A stretch of DNA of 64,000 nt from Selaginella moellendorffii (lineage: Eukaryota > Plantae > Lycopodiophyta): positions 1,150,834-1,214,833 of the forward strand of contig NW_003314305.1 in NCBI RefSeq assembly GCF_000143415.4. The letters are read 5' to 3'. Within the stretch, counting starts at the first letter, position 1. The number at the start of each line of letters is the position of its first letter. The notes under the pieces are model-generated. The model worked only from the letters and a program-made list of their open reading frames with translations, was not told the origin of the DNA and made no database searches. Below are positions 11,704 through 23,500 of the stretch, in pieces. Both the position numbers and the translations under genes were made by a program.

Positions 11704-13495
11704 GTGAACGACTTGTGGGTCTTTCTCTCGAATGGATCGGTTCGTCAGTGCCCAGGTAAGAAGAAACGAAGCTGTGATGATTCATGTTTTTCGCCTCCAG
11801 GCTCCTTGTCTCTCGGTAGGAGGGCCTCCCTCTCAAGTGGGCTTCTAGTTTCCGGCAAACTAAGTGCTCAGGTATGCTCTCGCAATACGTCTCAACGAGA
11901 ATGACTCCAAAGGTTTTTCTTCTTTCTCTTTGTCGTTTCTTCTCAACATTATTTTCTTCTCAGAAGGCGGTGGTAACTTTTTGAAGCTAGCGGGAGTGAC
12001 TGGAAGTGCTACTGCTCTTAGCAAAGTCTTGGTAAGTCTTGTTGTATCCCTCTCGTGTTAAAAATGTTTTTCATTCTTTGCAAGATTTCTGAATTTTTTC
12101 TTCACCCCTTCGCAGGGATTAGTTCGTGAGCTTGTTCTTGCTGCTGTATTTGGTGTTGGTCCTGTCGTAGATGCGTTCGGGTATGCATCGAGTTCATGGT
12201 GCTCTTCGCTAAGTTCGAAAGTTTGTAGATATGCGTCCATTGTACCAGGATTTTTTCTGATAATCCTTGGAGGTATACAGTTTCTAGCTGAAGCATCGAG
12301 CAAAACTCACCGTTAATTCTTACAGGAATCAATGGACCAATCCACATAACAATGGTATCGGCCTTAAGGTATGTTTCGAGTTTCTTTAAGTCATTTTTTT
12401 CATCCTCTTTTAGCAAGATCTCAAATGAAAACCGGTTTTTTTCCCCTACGTTTACACCATCCTCTCTTTTATCAGATATCTTTGAGCCTTGGCATTCTCA
12501 TGTACACATTAGCGGCTTTTCTTATTGATGCAATCGCACCAGGGTAAGTTTTCGGCATTCCTTCTGTCGTAGAATCTCAAAAGCTTTCCAAACAGATTGT
12601 TATTGAAAACAAGCGGTGGATTGATCACGAGAAGCATGGCTATACTTCAGGTAGCTTCAGAAGAAGAAAAAACTCTCAAGTTGCAAAAACCATCCTCTTG
12701 ATCCAGCTGAGAATCACGGCGCCTTGTGTAACACTCGCGTGCTTGATGGGAATCGGCTGTGGAAGTTTTGACCGAGCTTTCACGTCCAGTTTGTAGCCAA
12801 ACTTTGGAATGGGTTTTCGTGTGCAGTGTCTCGGGAAGATACGGGATTGCATCCTTGAGTCCTGCTCTATCAAGCATATCGATCATTCTCGCTGTAAGTT
12901 TTGGTTACAAGACAAAAGATTCGTGTGTTCTTGACTGTGTTCTTGGCTCCATGCAGGCTGCAATTCATTGCAAGCTTTGCAATCCTCATTGCCTTGAGCT
13001 TTAAAGTCGATTCATACAAAGTGGTGCTTGACAGGAGGTGTTTTGCTCGTTTTGGCCTCGACAGTGGGAGCTTTGGCTCAATGGCTTTTGCAGGTTGAAG
13101 TAACTCTTTCGATACTTCTCGCGTTTAAGTTTTTCTTTTGGATCAATCAGATCTTTGCTCAAGATGATCGAGGCATCAAGCTTTGCATGCTTTTAATGAC
13201 CGCTCTCGCGATCCCTCTCGCTAAACCGATCGTCCGAGCTCTCGTCCAGTGCTACACATTTGGCGACTCCGCCGCTCAAGCCGTATCATTGCTCGTCAAG
13301 CACTGTAAGTTCTCCTTTTTTCTCGTTTCGATCGCTGGTTTTCATCCTTTCTTCTTCGATCGATCTTAGATGCGATGGCCTCTACTTGCGACCTCCTTGA
13401 ACGTATTTTCTACGCTCTTGGCGATCTCGATTTTACGTGAGCTTGGCTGCCATCTAACGCTCTCTTGGACTGGCTGCTCGTTGGAAAACTTTGTG

Positions 13496-13535
<40 letters not shown>

Positions 13536-13640
13536 CTCCAGGTAATGGCCACTTCAATGGCACCGCTACGTAACATTCTAGATGGGCCTGACAGCCAAAG
13601 CTTTTGGAGAAGCTCACAACACCGGCTCCTCAGATGATCA
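11704..13640 (+). pseudogene. murJ: Plastid MurJ/MviN pseudogene, copy 2
   Basis: Same exons as copy 1 plus EGGGNFLKLAGVTG. It has the same central deletion and an in-frame TGA at 13438-13440. Confidence 0.85.
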
Positions 13641-14529
13641 AACTTCCGGTTGCTTCCTTTTGTTGCAGCTTTTAGACGACGGTGCGACCTTGTCAGGCAT
13701 CCCAAAATTTAGCGCATGACTGTTGCGGAGTTTTCGGAACGGAGTGGAGGCTCCACGCTTGTTGATGTAAGCTGGTGCCCCAGAAGGAGGCTTTCTTCAA
13801 GGTGCTTAATTCTTCTCACCCAAAAATTGTGGGTCTTGGCATGGCTTTCGATTTTTCTTCTTTTTCATGTTGCAGACTGTCGGAAAAATGTATTAACACA
13901 GCTGTCCGAGGAACTTAGGCCTCGAGAACGCCTTCATTCCTCGATCGATGGTGGAGTTGAGTCTTCGTTGGTCGCAGGAAGGGAGTGAAAAAGCCGCGAG
14001 GAGGAATTCTTCATGGATCTTGCCGAGAAGGAGCGTAATTCTTCTCACACAGCGATGAATTCGTCTTGGGGAATGAGAACTCTTCATCGTTCCGGCGCCA
14101 AAATACAATGCCGTGAAAGAAATCTACCTCTAGCCAAGCTCCTCGGCTGGAAATCGACACACAGCATCGCAGTGCAATCCGGCATTGCGTGGCGAAGCAT
14201 GGCTCCCGGCGACCTCGAGTGAAACAGTGACATTCCGGGGGATACGCGATCGATTGAGCAGCTGAGCGCCGCGAGAGCATCGATTCTCTCCTCGTCGCGC
14301 TGGAAGATCACCAAAACCCAACGACTAGAATTCTGCCACGTAGCACCACACGATGACGCCTCTAATAAGATTGTTTTTCTAAACAGCCGTCAGATCCTTT
14401 TCATCCGCGCCCTCCACTCTTTTACTGTTGGAGTTTCTCCAGCCGTCGGATCGAGCGTATCGTGGTCGTCCACTCCCGGCAGCTTATAAGCTCGTGAGCG
14501 GGGCATTTGTGCTTCTTCGCCGGCCAGCG

Positions 14530-15030
14530 ATGGATGCCAGGGATGGGGATGGCGATGGCGCTCGCAGCGACGGTGAAGGCGAGGTATGTCCAATCTGTTC
14601 CAGCGCCATCGCGGACGTCCGCACGGACTGCGGCCACTGGTTTTGCAGCCAGTGCTTGGGGAAATGGGTGAAGAGGTCATGCGCCACCGCCAGGGCTCGA
14701 TCGACTTGCCCGCTGTGCCGCCACGCGATCAAGGCGTTCGATTTCGATGGCGGCAGGAGCGATGGCGGCGATGGCGAGCTCGAGGCGTCCCGGCAGCGAT
14801 TACGCGACTACCAGCAGGAAATATCCGAGTGTAAGCGCAATGGCAGCGATCCCCTCGACCCCGAGGACCCTGACGATCCCGACGACGATCCCGACGATCA
14901 CGACGACGACCCCGACGATCCCGACGGCGATCCGGCTGTTCCGGAGGAAGAGGATTGCTGCCCGTGTCTGTTGATCATCAGCGTTCTCCTCCTCTGGCTG
15001 CTTTTGATGGGAATCGGATGCTTGAGCTAG
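14530..15030 (+). CDS. RING-HC (C3HC4) E3 ligase-like protein with an acidic D/P repeat and a C-terminal TM helix (RNF170-like)
   Basis: RING pattern CPIC...TDCGHWFCSQC...CPLCR, then RLRDY, DPEDPDDPDDDPDD repeats and a hydrophobic tail LLIISVLLLWLLLMGIG. First ATG is at 14530; intronless and GC-rich. Confidence 0.8.
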   Translation: MDARDGDGDGARSDGEGEVCPICSSAIADVRTDCGHWFCSQCLGKWVKRSCATARARSTCPLCRHAIKAFDFDGGRSDGGDGELEASRQRLRDYQQEISECKRNGSDPLDPEDPDDPDDDPDDHDDDPDDPDGDPAVPEEEDCCPCLLIISVLLLWLLLMGIGCLS

Positions 15031-15169
15031 AAAGGCAGGGACTTTGAGCTCGCTGGGCTCTTGGAAGAGAGCTCTCTGGCGCTACTTTGTTTCGAGCTCC
15101 TGGGGTTTTGGAGCTTCGATCGCTATGGAGGAAACCTCAAGGGCAGAGGGAAGCGATAGGACAATGTAA

Positions 15170-15225
<56 letters not shown>

Positions 15226-15876
15226 GATCGGCTATCTCACACTTCTTCTTTTCTTTTTGCCTCTTTCCCGCAGGATGTCCAAGAGTTCCGAGTAGAGAGT
15301 CCCAGGCCAGCAAGGAGAATATTCTTGTTTTTGTATTAACACTTTTTATTAAACTAAACTTATCTATCATGTTTGGGTTTAGGGTTTAACGGGCTAAAGT
15401 AATGGAAATTTAGGGTTCCAGGCTATGGCGAGGCTGAGCACTGGCGTTACCACGCGCCAGTACGCTGAAGGTATGCCGCGCATCTCCGATACTCCTCTCT
15501 CAGCTCAGATTCTGGATTAGGGACTGCCGCCGCTACAGCGCACGCGATTTCCATCCAGAGCGCGGAGGCTTCTTGATTGTCGAAATGCGGCAGCCTGTGC
15601 TGCTCAAGAGCAACGATTTCCGCTGGAATTTTCCCAAGGAAATCGTTGTGGCGTATCCAATTCATCCCTCGCAACATCTTCCAGGTGGAATTATGGAGTT
15701 CATGAATTTCTTTCCTTTGTAGCTCTGACAGTGGTGTGTTTCAATCAGCCAGGCGAACGAAATGCATTCTTACGGAGCCTGGAGTACTGTGGTTTGCGAT
15801 CATCGGAATATGCAGGTAGATAGATACCTTTGAATGATTTCTAGAACTTGAGATCTAGACGATTGCATCGAAGAGT
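15010..15876. repeat. Segment directly duplicated at ~49383-50186 (telo-box-containing 5' end of an unidentified gene)
   Basis: Shared from GGAATC(G/A)GATGCTTGAGCTAGAAAGG to GATTGCATCGAAGAGT. Contains TTTAGGGTTT telo-box-like motifs and short GT-AG intron-like segments. Confidence 0.9.
15173..15221. repeat. (CT)~24 microsatellite; other CT/GA tracts near 5803, 7474, 11666 and 13500
   Basis: Read directly from the sequence. Confidence 0.95.
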
Positions 15877-16411
15877 GTTCTTTGACAACATTTTCGTCTC
15901 TTATGGCAGGAAATATGTTCTACTAATTCTTCGTTTTCTCTTTTAACGCAGATCATGGTTTCATGCTTCGTGACCATCTCCCACCACGAAGAATATCTCC
16001 TGTGAAGGTTAGGATTTGCTTTGCTGCTACTTGCGTTCTTATGATTTCTCATGGCAGGAAATTATTCTTGTCAACCTGCTCAAAGTCATAAGCCCCGACT
16101 TGCCACTCGCATTCGCTCTATCCAGAGGGTGGACCACGAAGCAGAAACTCGCCAGTCGCAAACGTCCAGCAAAGATCTTGGAAGTTTCAGACTGTGAGCT
16201 GAAGAAGGCCGAGGAGCAGAAAAGCAGCGAGACTGTCGAAAACACAAAGCAGCATTCAGACATTAGCAAGCCACCGAATCTGTCAACATCTCTCGAAATC
16301 GGGCCAAGGCTAGGGAACTAACGACGCGGAGCAACAGCTGTACTGATGGATTCGGTGCACTGAAAGTGAAGCACCCTTCTTCTCAACTGGAAAAGCTAAA
16401 GTTCCTCGTGG

Positions 16412-19400
16412 ATGAATCTCTTCAGGTATGCCGACTGTGATGCTACCTCTGCCGACGAAGACGATGACGAGGGGACATCTGATGGTGAGCTAACAAGCCT
16501 GGATCGAGAGCACGACGAAGACGGCATCAACACTGAGAGGCTTCTTGCTTCTAGAGTTTGCACCTTCACATCAAGTGGGAGCAGTTTTATGGAGCAGCAC
16601 TGGTACTTCTGTTACACTTGCGACTTGACAGTGTCCAAGGGATGCTGCTCAGTATGTGCAAAGGTGTGTCATCGTGGTCACAAGGTGGTTTACTCGCGGT
16701 TGAGCAGGTTCTTTTGTGACTGTGGTGCTGGCGGTGTGATGCCAGTGCCTCAAGCCATACAGTATCACCGATATTGAGTCGAGCAAAAGGCTTTCACTTG
16801 AAACAGCACTCGAATTGAAAGACCCTCACAGACCAGCTCCAATGCACATCAAACAATCTCAGATGGAGAACGTACCTGCTAGAATCCCTGTGTTGGGATC
16901 AAAGGAAGATACATAAGAAGGTAAATTCCATTTCGTTTTCAAGCAGTCCACTTAAATGCCGTCGGCGAGCCTGATCAAGCAGAAGGTGGTATACTGTCTG
17001 GAGCATCACCGGTCGATGGATATTGCCGCGTGCGTCCGTGATGAGATGCAACTCCTTTCAGAAACATGCTCTCTCGGTGATGACTTTTGGGAGGCACGGC
17101 TGCGAGTCGCATTTCAGCTGCTGTTCCGGTCGATCCAGGTTGGAGCGCGACATCCAGTTATTGCCGAGCACATCATTCTTCCAGCTTTGAGAATTATTTC
17201 TCAGGCATGCACTCCTCCAAAGACTCAGACTACTGAACCTGGAGGGTTCTCGGCGAAGTCTGTTGGTTCTTTCGTGAAGACGGCTGCAATACTTCAGGAG
17301 ACACCGGTCACCAGGCCCGCCAAGGAAAACGTAGAGAAAGACAAAGAGCTGGAGAACACACCGAAAGGCCAGGATTTACTACTAGTAAACTACCTGGAGT
17401 GGAAAAATGGTGCGACGTATGTTGAATTCGTGAGACGACTGACCATATCTCAGAACGTTAAACCCGCTCAAAAATCTCGAAAAGACTCGAGAAAATCTGG
17501 TACGTTAAACTCTTTCTTACGAATTTGTTTATTTATTTTTTATTTTTTCAGATGCCTTGGCTCTTAAATATATCCTACGATGGAAGCGAAAAGCTTGCAA
17601 AGTTTCTCTTACCGAGGACCTCAAGTGCTTTGAAGATAGTAGCTGGGTTCGTGAGCTTGTTCTAAGTGCATGCTCCCAGCCAATTCGTCAAGAGATGTGC
17701 GCTTTGATCGAGGTGCTGTGCTCTCAGAGCGTGGCTCGGAAATCCAAGTTCCTGGACCTGTTTATGAACCTGCTGCCTGCTTCGAGAACTGCCGGAGAGA
17801 GTGCAGCGGAATACTTTGATCTGCTGTTCAAAATGATCGAGGATGAAGATGCGCGCTTATATCTTACAGTTCGTGGCTTTCTGCGGACCGCTTGCAGTCT
17901 TATCAGTGAAGAGGTAGTCCGGGTAGAAGCCCAGGAGCGAAGCTTCCATACGGACATCTCACAGGGCTATACTCTACACAAACTTATCGAGCTACTGAAC
18001 AAATTCCTGCAAGTTCCGAACGTTAGGATAAGGTAAGAGTTTGCGAATTGCTGTTACGGTGATATGAAATATTTTTTTTGCAGGTTTATGAAGGAAGACT
18101 TGCTGTCACAAATTTTGGAAGCTCTTTTGGTGATCAGAGGTCTGGTTGTTCAAAAGACGAAGCTGATAAGTGACTGTGGACGGTTACTACGCGAGCTTCT
18201 TGACAACCTGCTTCAGGAAAGCGACGACAACAAGAGACATTTCGTTCGTGCATGTATTTCCGGTCTTCAGACTCCTGATCACGACAGAAAAGATCGCAGA
18301 TGTCTGGTAAGCGTTGTTTCCTTGTCTCCTTTTACTCAATGTTTTTCTTGTAGTTTATTCTTGAACAACTCTGCAATATCACAAACCAGAGCCTGCATAT
18401 ATGCTTGTTCTCAACAAAGCTCACACGCAAGAGGAGTTTATCCGTGGCTCGATGACGAAGAATCCATACTCGAGCTTAGAAGTTGGTCCACTTATGCGTG
18501 ACGTGAAGAACAAAATCTGTCAACAGCTGGAGATGATTGCACTTTTCGAGGATGACTACGGCATGGAGCTTCTTCTTGCAGGAAGCATCATCTCTTTAGA
18601 TCTCAGTGTTGCGCAGGCATATGAGCAGGTTTGGCGGAAGGCGCATTCGCGGTAGCGAATTCGGCAATAGGAACGAGCCTGTTAATGTCTGCTTCTGGAG
18701 TCTCCGGAAGAGAGTGTCCACCAATGACCGTGACATATCGACTCCAGGTATGCCGCGTGATCTTTCATGATTCTGTCTTTAAAAGTGCTGTGTGTGCAGG
18801 GACTGGACGGTGAGGCAACAGAACCAATGATCAAGGAGCTAGATGATGATAGAGAGGAAAGTCAGGATCCAGAAATCGAGTTTGCAATTACTGGAGTCAT
18901 GCTGAAGGAGCTACTGAGTATGGTTGAGGTGCGTGCTCTTTTAGTCTTTTCTGATTCTAAAAGTTGGTTTTGTATCTCTCAGCATTTTACGGACGAAGAA
19001 CTGAAGTCTGGTCAGGAACAAGTTGCGTTGGTTTTGAAGCTACTCATGTTTTGCTGCAAGATTCGGGGTAACCGGCAGGCTCTTCTTCAGCTTGGTGCCT
19101 TGGATGTTCTCCTGGAGACGGAACAAATCCTTCTCTTCAGCCGAATCTGTGGAGCGACTGCTACTCATCGTGGAGTGTCTGGTCACCGAGGCCAACGAAA
19201 GTGACGTTGGAGTGACCGAAGGCGCTCTGAGCACAACAAGAGCCGGCATTGCCAGAGGGGAACAAGCTGCCAAGGGTGTTCTAATGTTCCTGGAGCGACT
19301 CTCCAATCCCAGCAGCTACAAGCAGTCTAAGCAGCACAAGAACAGTGACACAGCCGCAAGAATACTACCGTATCTAACTTATGGAGAGGAAGCGGCAATG

Positions 19401-21563
19401 GAAGTATTGGTGGATCACTTCCTGCCTTACTTACTGGACTGGGGAGCTTTTGATAAGCTGCAAAAGGAGCACGGTGAGAATCCAAAGGACGCTTCACTGG
19501 GTCAGAAAGCAGCCTTTCATCAGTTCGCTGTTGAGAATTTTGTGAAGGTAACGGAGTCGATCAAGCAAAACGACAGTGGCGAGCTACTTAAAAATCTCAT
19601 ACTTGAGAAGAAGATACTGACTGGTAAGAACTTTTTGAGTTTTTATTCATATCAACTTTGCTCTTGTGTTTACCTTCTGCAGTTGCCATACGGTATCTGA
19701 AAGACGCATTTCCTTTTACTGAAAAGAAAACAGATCTTCGGTCGTCACCCGAGTGGACACGATCTTTGGAGCTTCCATCGGTTCCGATTATCCTGTCCAT
19801 GATGAGAGGATTATCTATCGGTCACTGCAAGACTCAAGAATGTCTTGACGAGGAAGAAGTTCTTCCTCTGCTCCACGCACTGGAGGGCATGCCAGGAGAA
19901 AACGAGATTGGAGCAAGAGCAGAAAATTTGCTGGACACGCTATCCGATAAAGAGACTTGCGGCGAAGGATTCCTTGCCGAGACGATCCTGAATTTAAGGG
20001 AGACAACACGGGACGAGATGAGACGACGTGCTTTGCAACGAAGGGAAGAGTTACTACAGGTAATAGTCATCTTTCAAGTTGCGTTCCTTCGTTCTTAGAC
20101 TTAGCTCACTTTTTTCCAGGGGCTGGGAATGCGCCGAGAGCTGAGATCTGATGGAGGTGAGCGCATTGTCATATCAAAGCCTCGAATTGAAGGCCTTGAA
20201 GACGTAGAAGAGGAAGAAGCGGGACTGGCATGCATGGTTTGTCGGGAAGGCTACAAACTGCGGATGCTGGGAGCTTACTCGTACAGCAAGCGTGTAAACA
20301 TCGGTTCTGCGACTGTCCACGGTCGTCCCGAGTGGGTCTACACGACGGTCATTTCAACTTTATTCACGTCCAGTGCCACCAAGAGGAAAAGCGAGCCGAC
20401 GCCTCCCTCAAGAATCCCAAAAAGGAGTGGGAAGGCGCAGCTATACGCAACAACGAGACGCTGTGTAACGATCTCTTTCCTCTCCGCGGCCCAGCAGTCG
20501 CGCTTGCGCAGTACTCTCGGTGCGTTGATACTTTCTGGGACAACTTAAACGCCCTCGGACGTGCGGATGGTAGCCGGCTGCGCTTGCTCACTTACGATAT
20601 CGTCCTGGTACGTTTTTTCCTTTACCTTCTCATTTTACAACTTAACGCGAGCTTTCCTTCTGTAACAGATGCTGGGCCGCTTTGCAACGGGGGCCTCGTT
20701 CAGTGTCGATAGTAAAGGTGGTGGCAAGGAAAGTAACTCGAGGCTCTTGCCTTTCATGGTACAAATGGCCGGACATCTCTTGGACCAGCAGGGACCGAGC
20801 CAACGCCGTGTTCTCGCAAAATCCTTACAAACGTTCCTCCAGGCATCGCCTCCCGAGACTGACGCCACCACTACTCCTGTTTCGAGAACCATCTCCAGCC
20901 CCGGCACGCCGGCCAGATCGGACGAGACAGTGCAGTATATGATGGTCCAGTCGCTGCTGCTACAATCCCACGACGAGTGGCAACAGCACAGGAAAACGTT
21001 TCTCCAACGGGGTGCTGTCCATGCCTACATGCTACACAAACAGGGCTTCTCCTCTTTCTGCCTCGACATCGCCATCCCCAGCGGCCAGGAACCCGATAGA
21101 GTTTGCTCTGAGCTTCAGCCCGGCAGCGGATATCAAGAGAACAGCGAGCTCGGGAGGACTCCAAGCTACGTCAACTCCATCGCTCAGCAGCGAGCAGCTG
21201 TTTAGCATCCTCCAGCCGATGCTGGTGTTTATCGGGATCATCGATCAGCTCCAGAGATTTTTCAAGAGCCGGAGTGGTAGTGCCGTCGCCAACAGGAGTA
21301 GCAGCGGGAGTAGCAGCAGCGCCGGTGGAACTACCGACGATGGAACTGAGGCGTGGGAGGCCACCATGAAGGAGAAGCTCCGGGACGTGAGCGCCATGCT
21401 CGCCTTCTCCAAGGATTTGCTCGAGTGGCTGGAGGATATGCAGAGCTCGGCGGATCTGCAAGAGGCTCTGGACGTGATGGGGGCTCTGGGAGATGCTTTC
21501 TCGGCTGGTTTCTCGTCCTGCGACGAGTTTTTCAGGGACGCTCTCGGCCTGGCATCGCTTTGA
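16412..21563 (+). pseudogene. BIG: BIG/UBR4 pseudogene: a UBR-box piece joined to the C-terminal part, with many frameshifts
   Basis: UBR box CTFTSSGSSFMEQHWYFCYTC...CCSVCAKVCH...FFCDCG. 16951-21861 is an inverted copy of 53781-58808 with introns retained. Frameshifting deletions occur near 18380, 18650, 19120, 20350 and 21045. Confidence 0.92.
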
Positions 21564-21883
21564 AAATGATCTTCCTATATTCCCAGGGACCATGAAGAAA
21601 AAGAAAAATCTCCAGCTCAGAAAGTTTCCGGTAGCATTATATGATGCATTTCTTTTTTGTGGTGTATCTGAGAGGGGATTGTATATAAAAGAGCTATACG
21701 CTGTTCAATTTAATAAGGAAGTACGTAATTAACTTGTCTATTCCTTGCCAAATATTTTGAGACACCATTGCATGCTTTGAAACTTAGATTGTTTCCACTC
21801 TAATCTTTTTTGTTGCTGAAATTTTCTTGTGGTGATATGCTTGTGTGTACGAATTATGTCCTGGAAAAGGCATTTAGATATAA

Positions 21884-23500
21884 GGGTGGAAATTAAAAGA
21901 TGTTTAATAAACTCCCTTTACCCAAAACTTTAAACACACATTTCATCCCTTAAGCTTGTAAAAAAGGACATATTTTAGGTTTTCACTTCTTGTCCTTTCA
22001 GCAGAGAAGCCAGCAGTGATGCCAAACAAAAGCAGCAAGGTGTACAAGGAGCTCCATCTTCTCCAGAACTACCCACTGTTTTGGTCTTCGTCCTCCCAGC
22101 AGAGTAGCCTCCAGTTTGGAAGCGTGGATGAGTTGAAATCGTACCTGAAACAGCAGCACCCAACCTGTATGAAGTGCAATCGCAATGAGTGCGGCAACTT
22201 CGACTATTTCAACAATGACAACATTGGCCAGCCAAGGTATTGCTGCAGTCAGTGCAAGAAAAAATTCACTTATGGCGGAAAAACAAGATCAACCTACATG
22301 AAGCGGCCAAGATCGAGCAGCACTGAGGAAGTTGGCATGGCCCATGAGAACAAGAAACTCAAGTGCGCTCCAGCTGAAGATGAGACGAAGAAGGGTTTGC
22401 TGGTCCACGAAAGTCAAGCGAAGCAGAATGGTCAACAGGCCGATAAAGCTGGGGTGGTGATCAGGGTGGAGGACAAGGAAGAGTTTGACATGGATGACCT
22501 GGAGGTGGCTAGAATCATGGCACTGGTCGAGGAGAATGAAGTCCCAAACGAGGAGGAACACATCCCTCTTGTGTTCCCTGAGGTGGCAGAAATTGTAGTG
22601 AGTGACAAAGAGATGACTGAAATTCTGTCGTCAAATCTTGAGGATGTGGATGATGAGGAGATGCTAGATCTCGTGCTTGAGGACGTTTTAGAGCAGCCAG
22701 AACACAAGGAGGGCTTGGCGGAAATTCAAATTGGCAATGGGGAAACGAGCCAAATCCTCCAAAAGAATGTGGACAATGAGGATCTTGTGCTTGAGGGGGA
22801 TTCTCAGGAGGAGCAGGCAGAGCCAATGGAGGGGGACATTTATTTTGCTCTCGAGCTTGAACAGGATCTCCAGGCTGAAGAAGATAAGCGAAAGGAGGAA
22901 TCCATGATGCTCTGGAAGATTGAATTGGAGAAAGCTAAATGGAGTGGTATTTTCAAAATTTATTAATAGTATTAGATCAAAGTAGCACTTTTTTGAATTA
23001 AAGATGATGTTCACAACAAGAATTTTCCACTGGTCCTGAAATCGCGAAGCAGTCTTATTGGCTTGGGCATGTATCAAAACCTTGTTTCCAGATCTAAGAT
23101 GTGACAGCAGCAAGATCGGGTCCTTGGCCTTCTTTTCCGCAAGCCTCCAAACGCATTGGAGCCATGGTTACCATTTTCTTGCATAATTACTGTCAGTGCT
23201 ATGAACGTCGGCCTTGCCCTCGTCTTGCTTTGGAGATATGGCCATCTCGTCTGTCTCAGCCTGAGGCCTCTCAACACTGGCATATAAAGACTGTGACAGG
23301 GAATGCGGAATCGTTGCTCCAAGAGCTTGAAAGGCCGAGAAAGCAGCTATTCGCACCTCTTCTGCTCGATCCAGGACAATTCTCCTTGGTCCGTTTCTTA
23401 TTTTCTTTGCTGCTGCAGCGTACATCCACTGCTGCTTACCAGCATCTATTACAAAAAGCTTGCCAGTAAAAGCATATAAGAGAAGCCAACCTGCATGTTC
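21884..23500. repeat. Segment directly duplicated at ~51991-53657 (Dof-like gene plus TEB tail)
   Basis: Both copies start GGGTGGAAATTAAA.GATGTTTAATAAA and stay colinear through the Dof-like ORF and the TEB fragment. Confidence 0.92.
22019..22966 (+). CDS. Divergent Dof-like C2C2 zinc-finger protein with an acidic C-terminal region, copy 1
   Basis: CMKC...NFDYFNNDNIGQPRYCCSQCKKKFTYGGKTR aligns to the Dof consensus CPRC...KFCYYNNY...QPRYFCKTCRRYWTxGGxLR. Basic NLS-like patches and an E/D-rich tail; single exon. Confidence 0.8.
   Translation: MPNKSSKVYKELHLLQNYPLFWSSSSQQSSLQFGSVDELKSYLKQQHPTCMKCNRNECGNFDYFNNDNIGQPRYCCSQCKKKFTYGGKTRSTYMKRPRSSSTEEVGMAHENKKLKCAPAEDETKKGLLVHESQAKQNGQQADKAGVVIRVEDKEEFDMDDLEVARIMALVEENEVPNEEEHIPLVFPEVAEIVVSDKEMTEILSSNLEDVDDEEMLDLVLEDVLEQPEHKEGLAEIQIGNGETSQILQKNVDNEDLVLEGDSQEEQAEPMEGDIYFALELEQDLQAEEDKRKEESMMLWKIELEKAKWSGIFKIY

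Larger units (their letters stand above)
2803..13918. repeat. Tandem segmental duplication, unit ~5.9 kb (about 2803-7863 vs 8703-13918), carrying MACPF, a tRNA-like element and a MurJ pseudogene
   Basis: Colinear, near-identical sequence. The offset is 5859 bp across the MACPF CDS. Both units begin with TTTAGGCCACTCTTTGCAACTGCTGGATCC. Confidence 0.95.

Noticed and set aside
5832-13640. Bacterial contamination or recent HGT as the source of MurJ
   Set aside because: The gene has many spliceosomal introns and sits in plant sequence, so endosymbiotic origin is sufficient.
15372-15418. Interstitial telomere array
   Set aside because: Only 2-3 TTTAGGG-like units, more consistent with telo-box promoter motifs.
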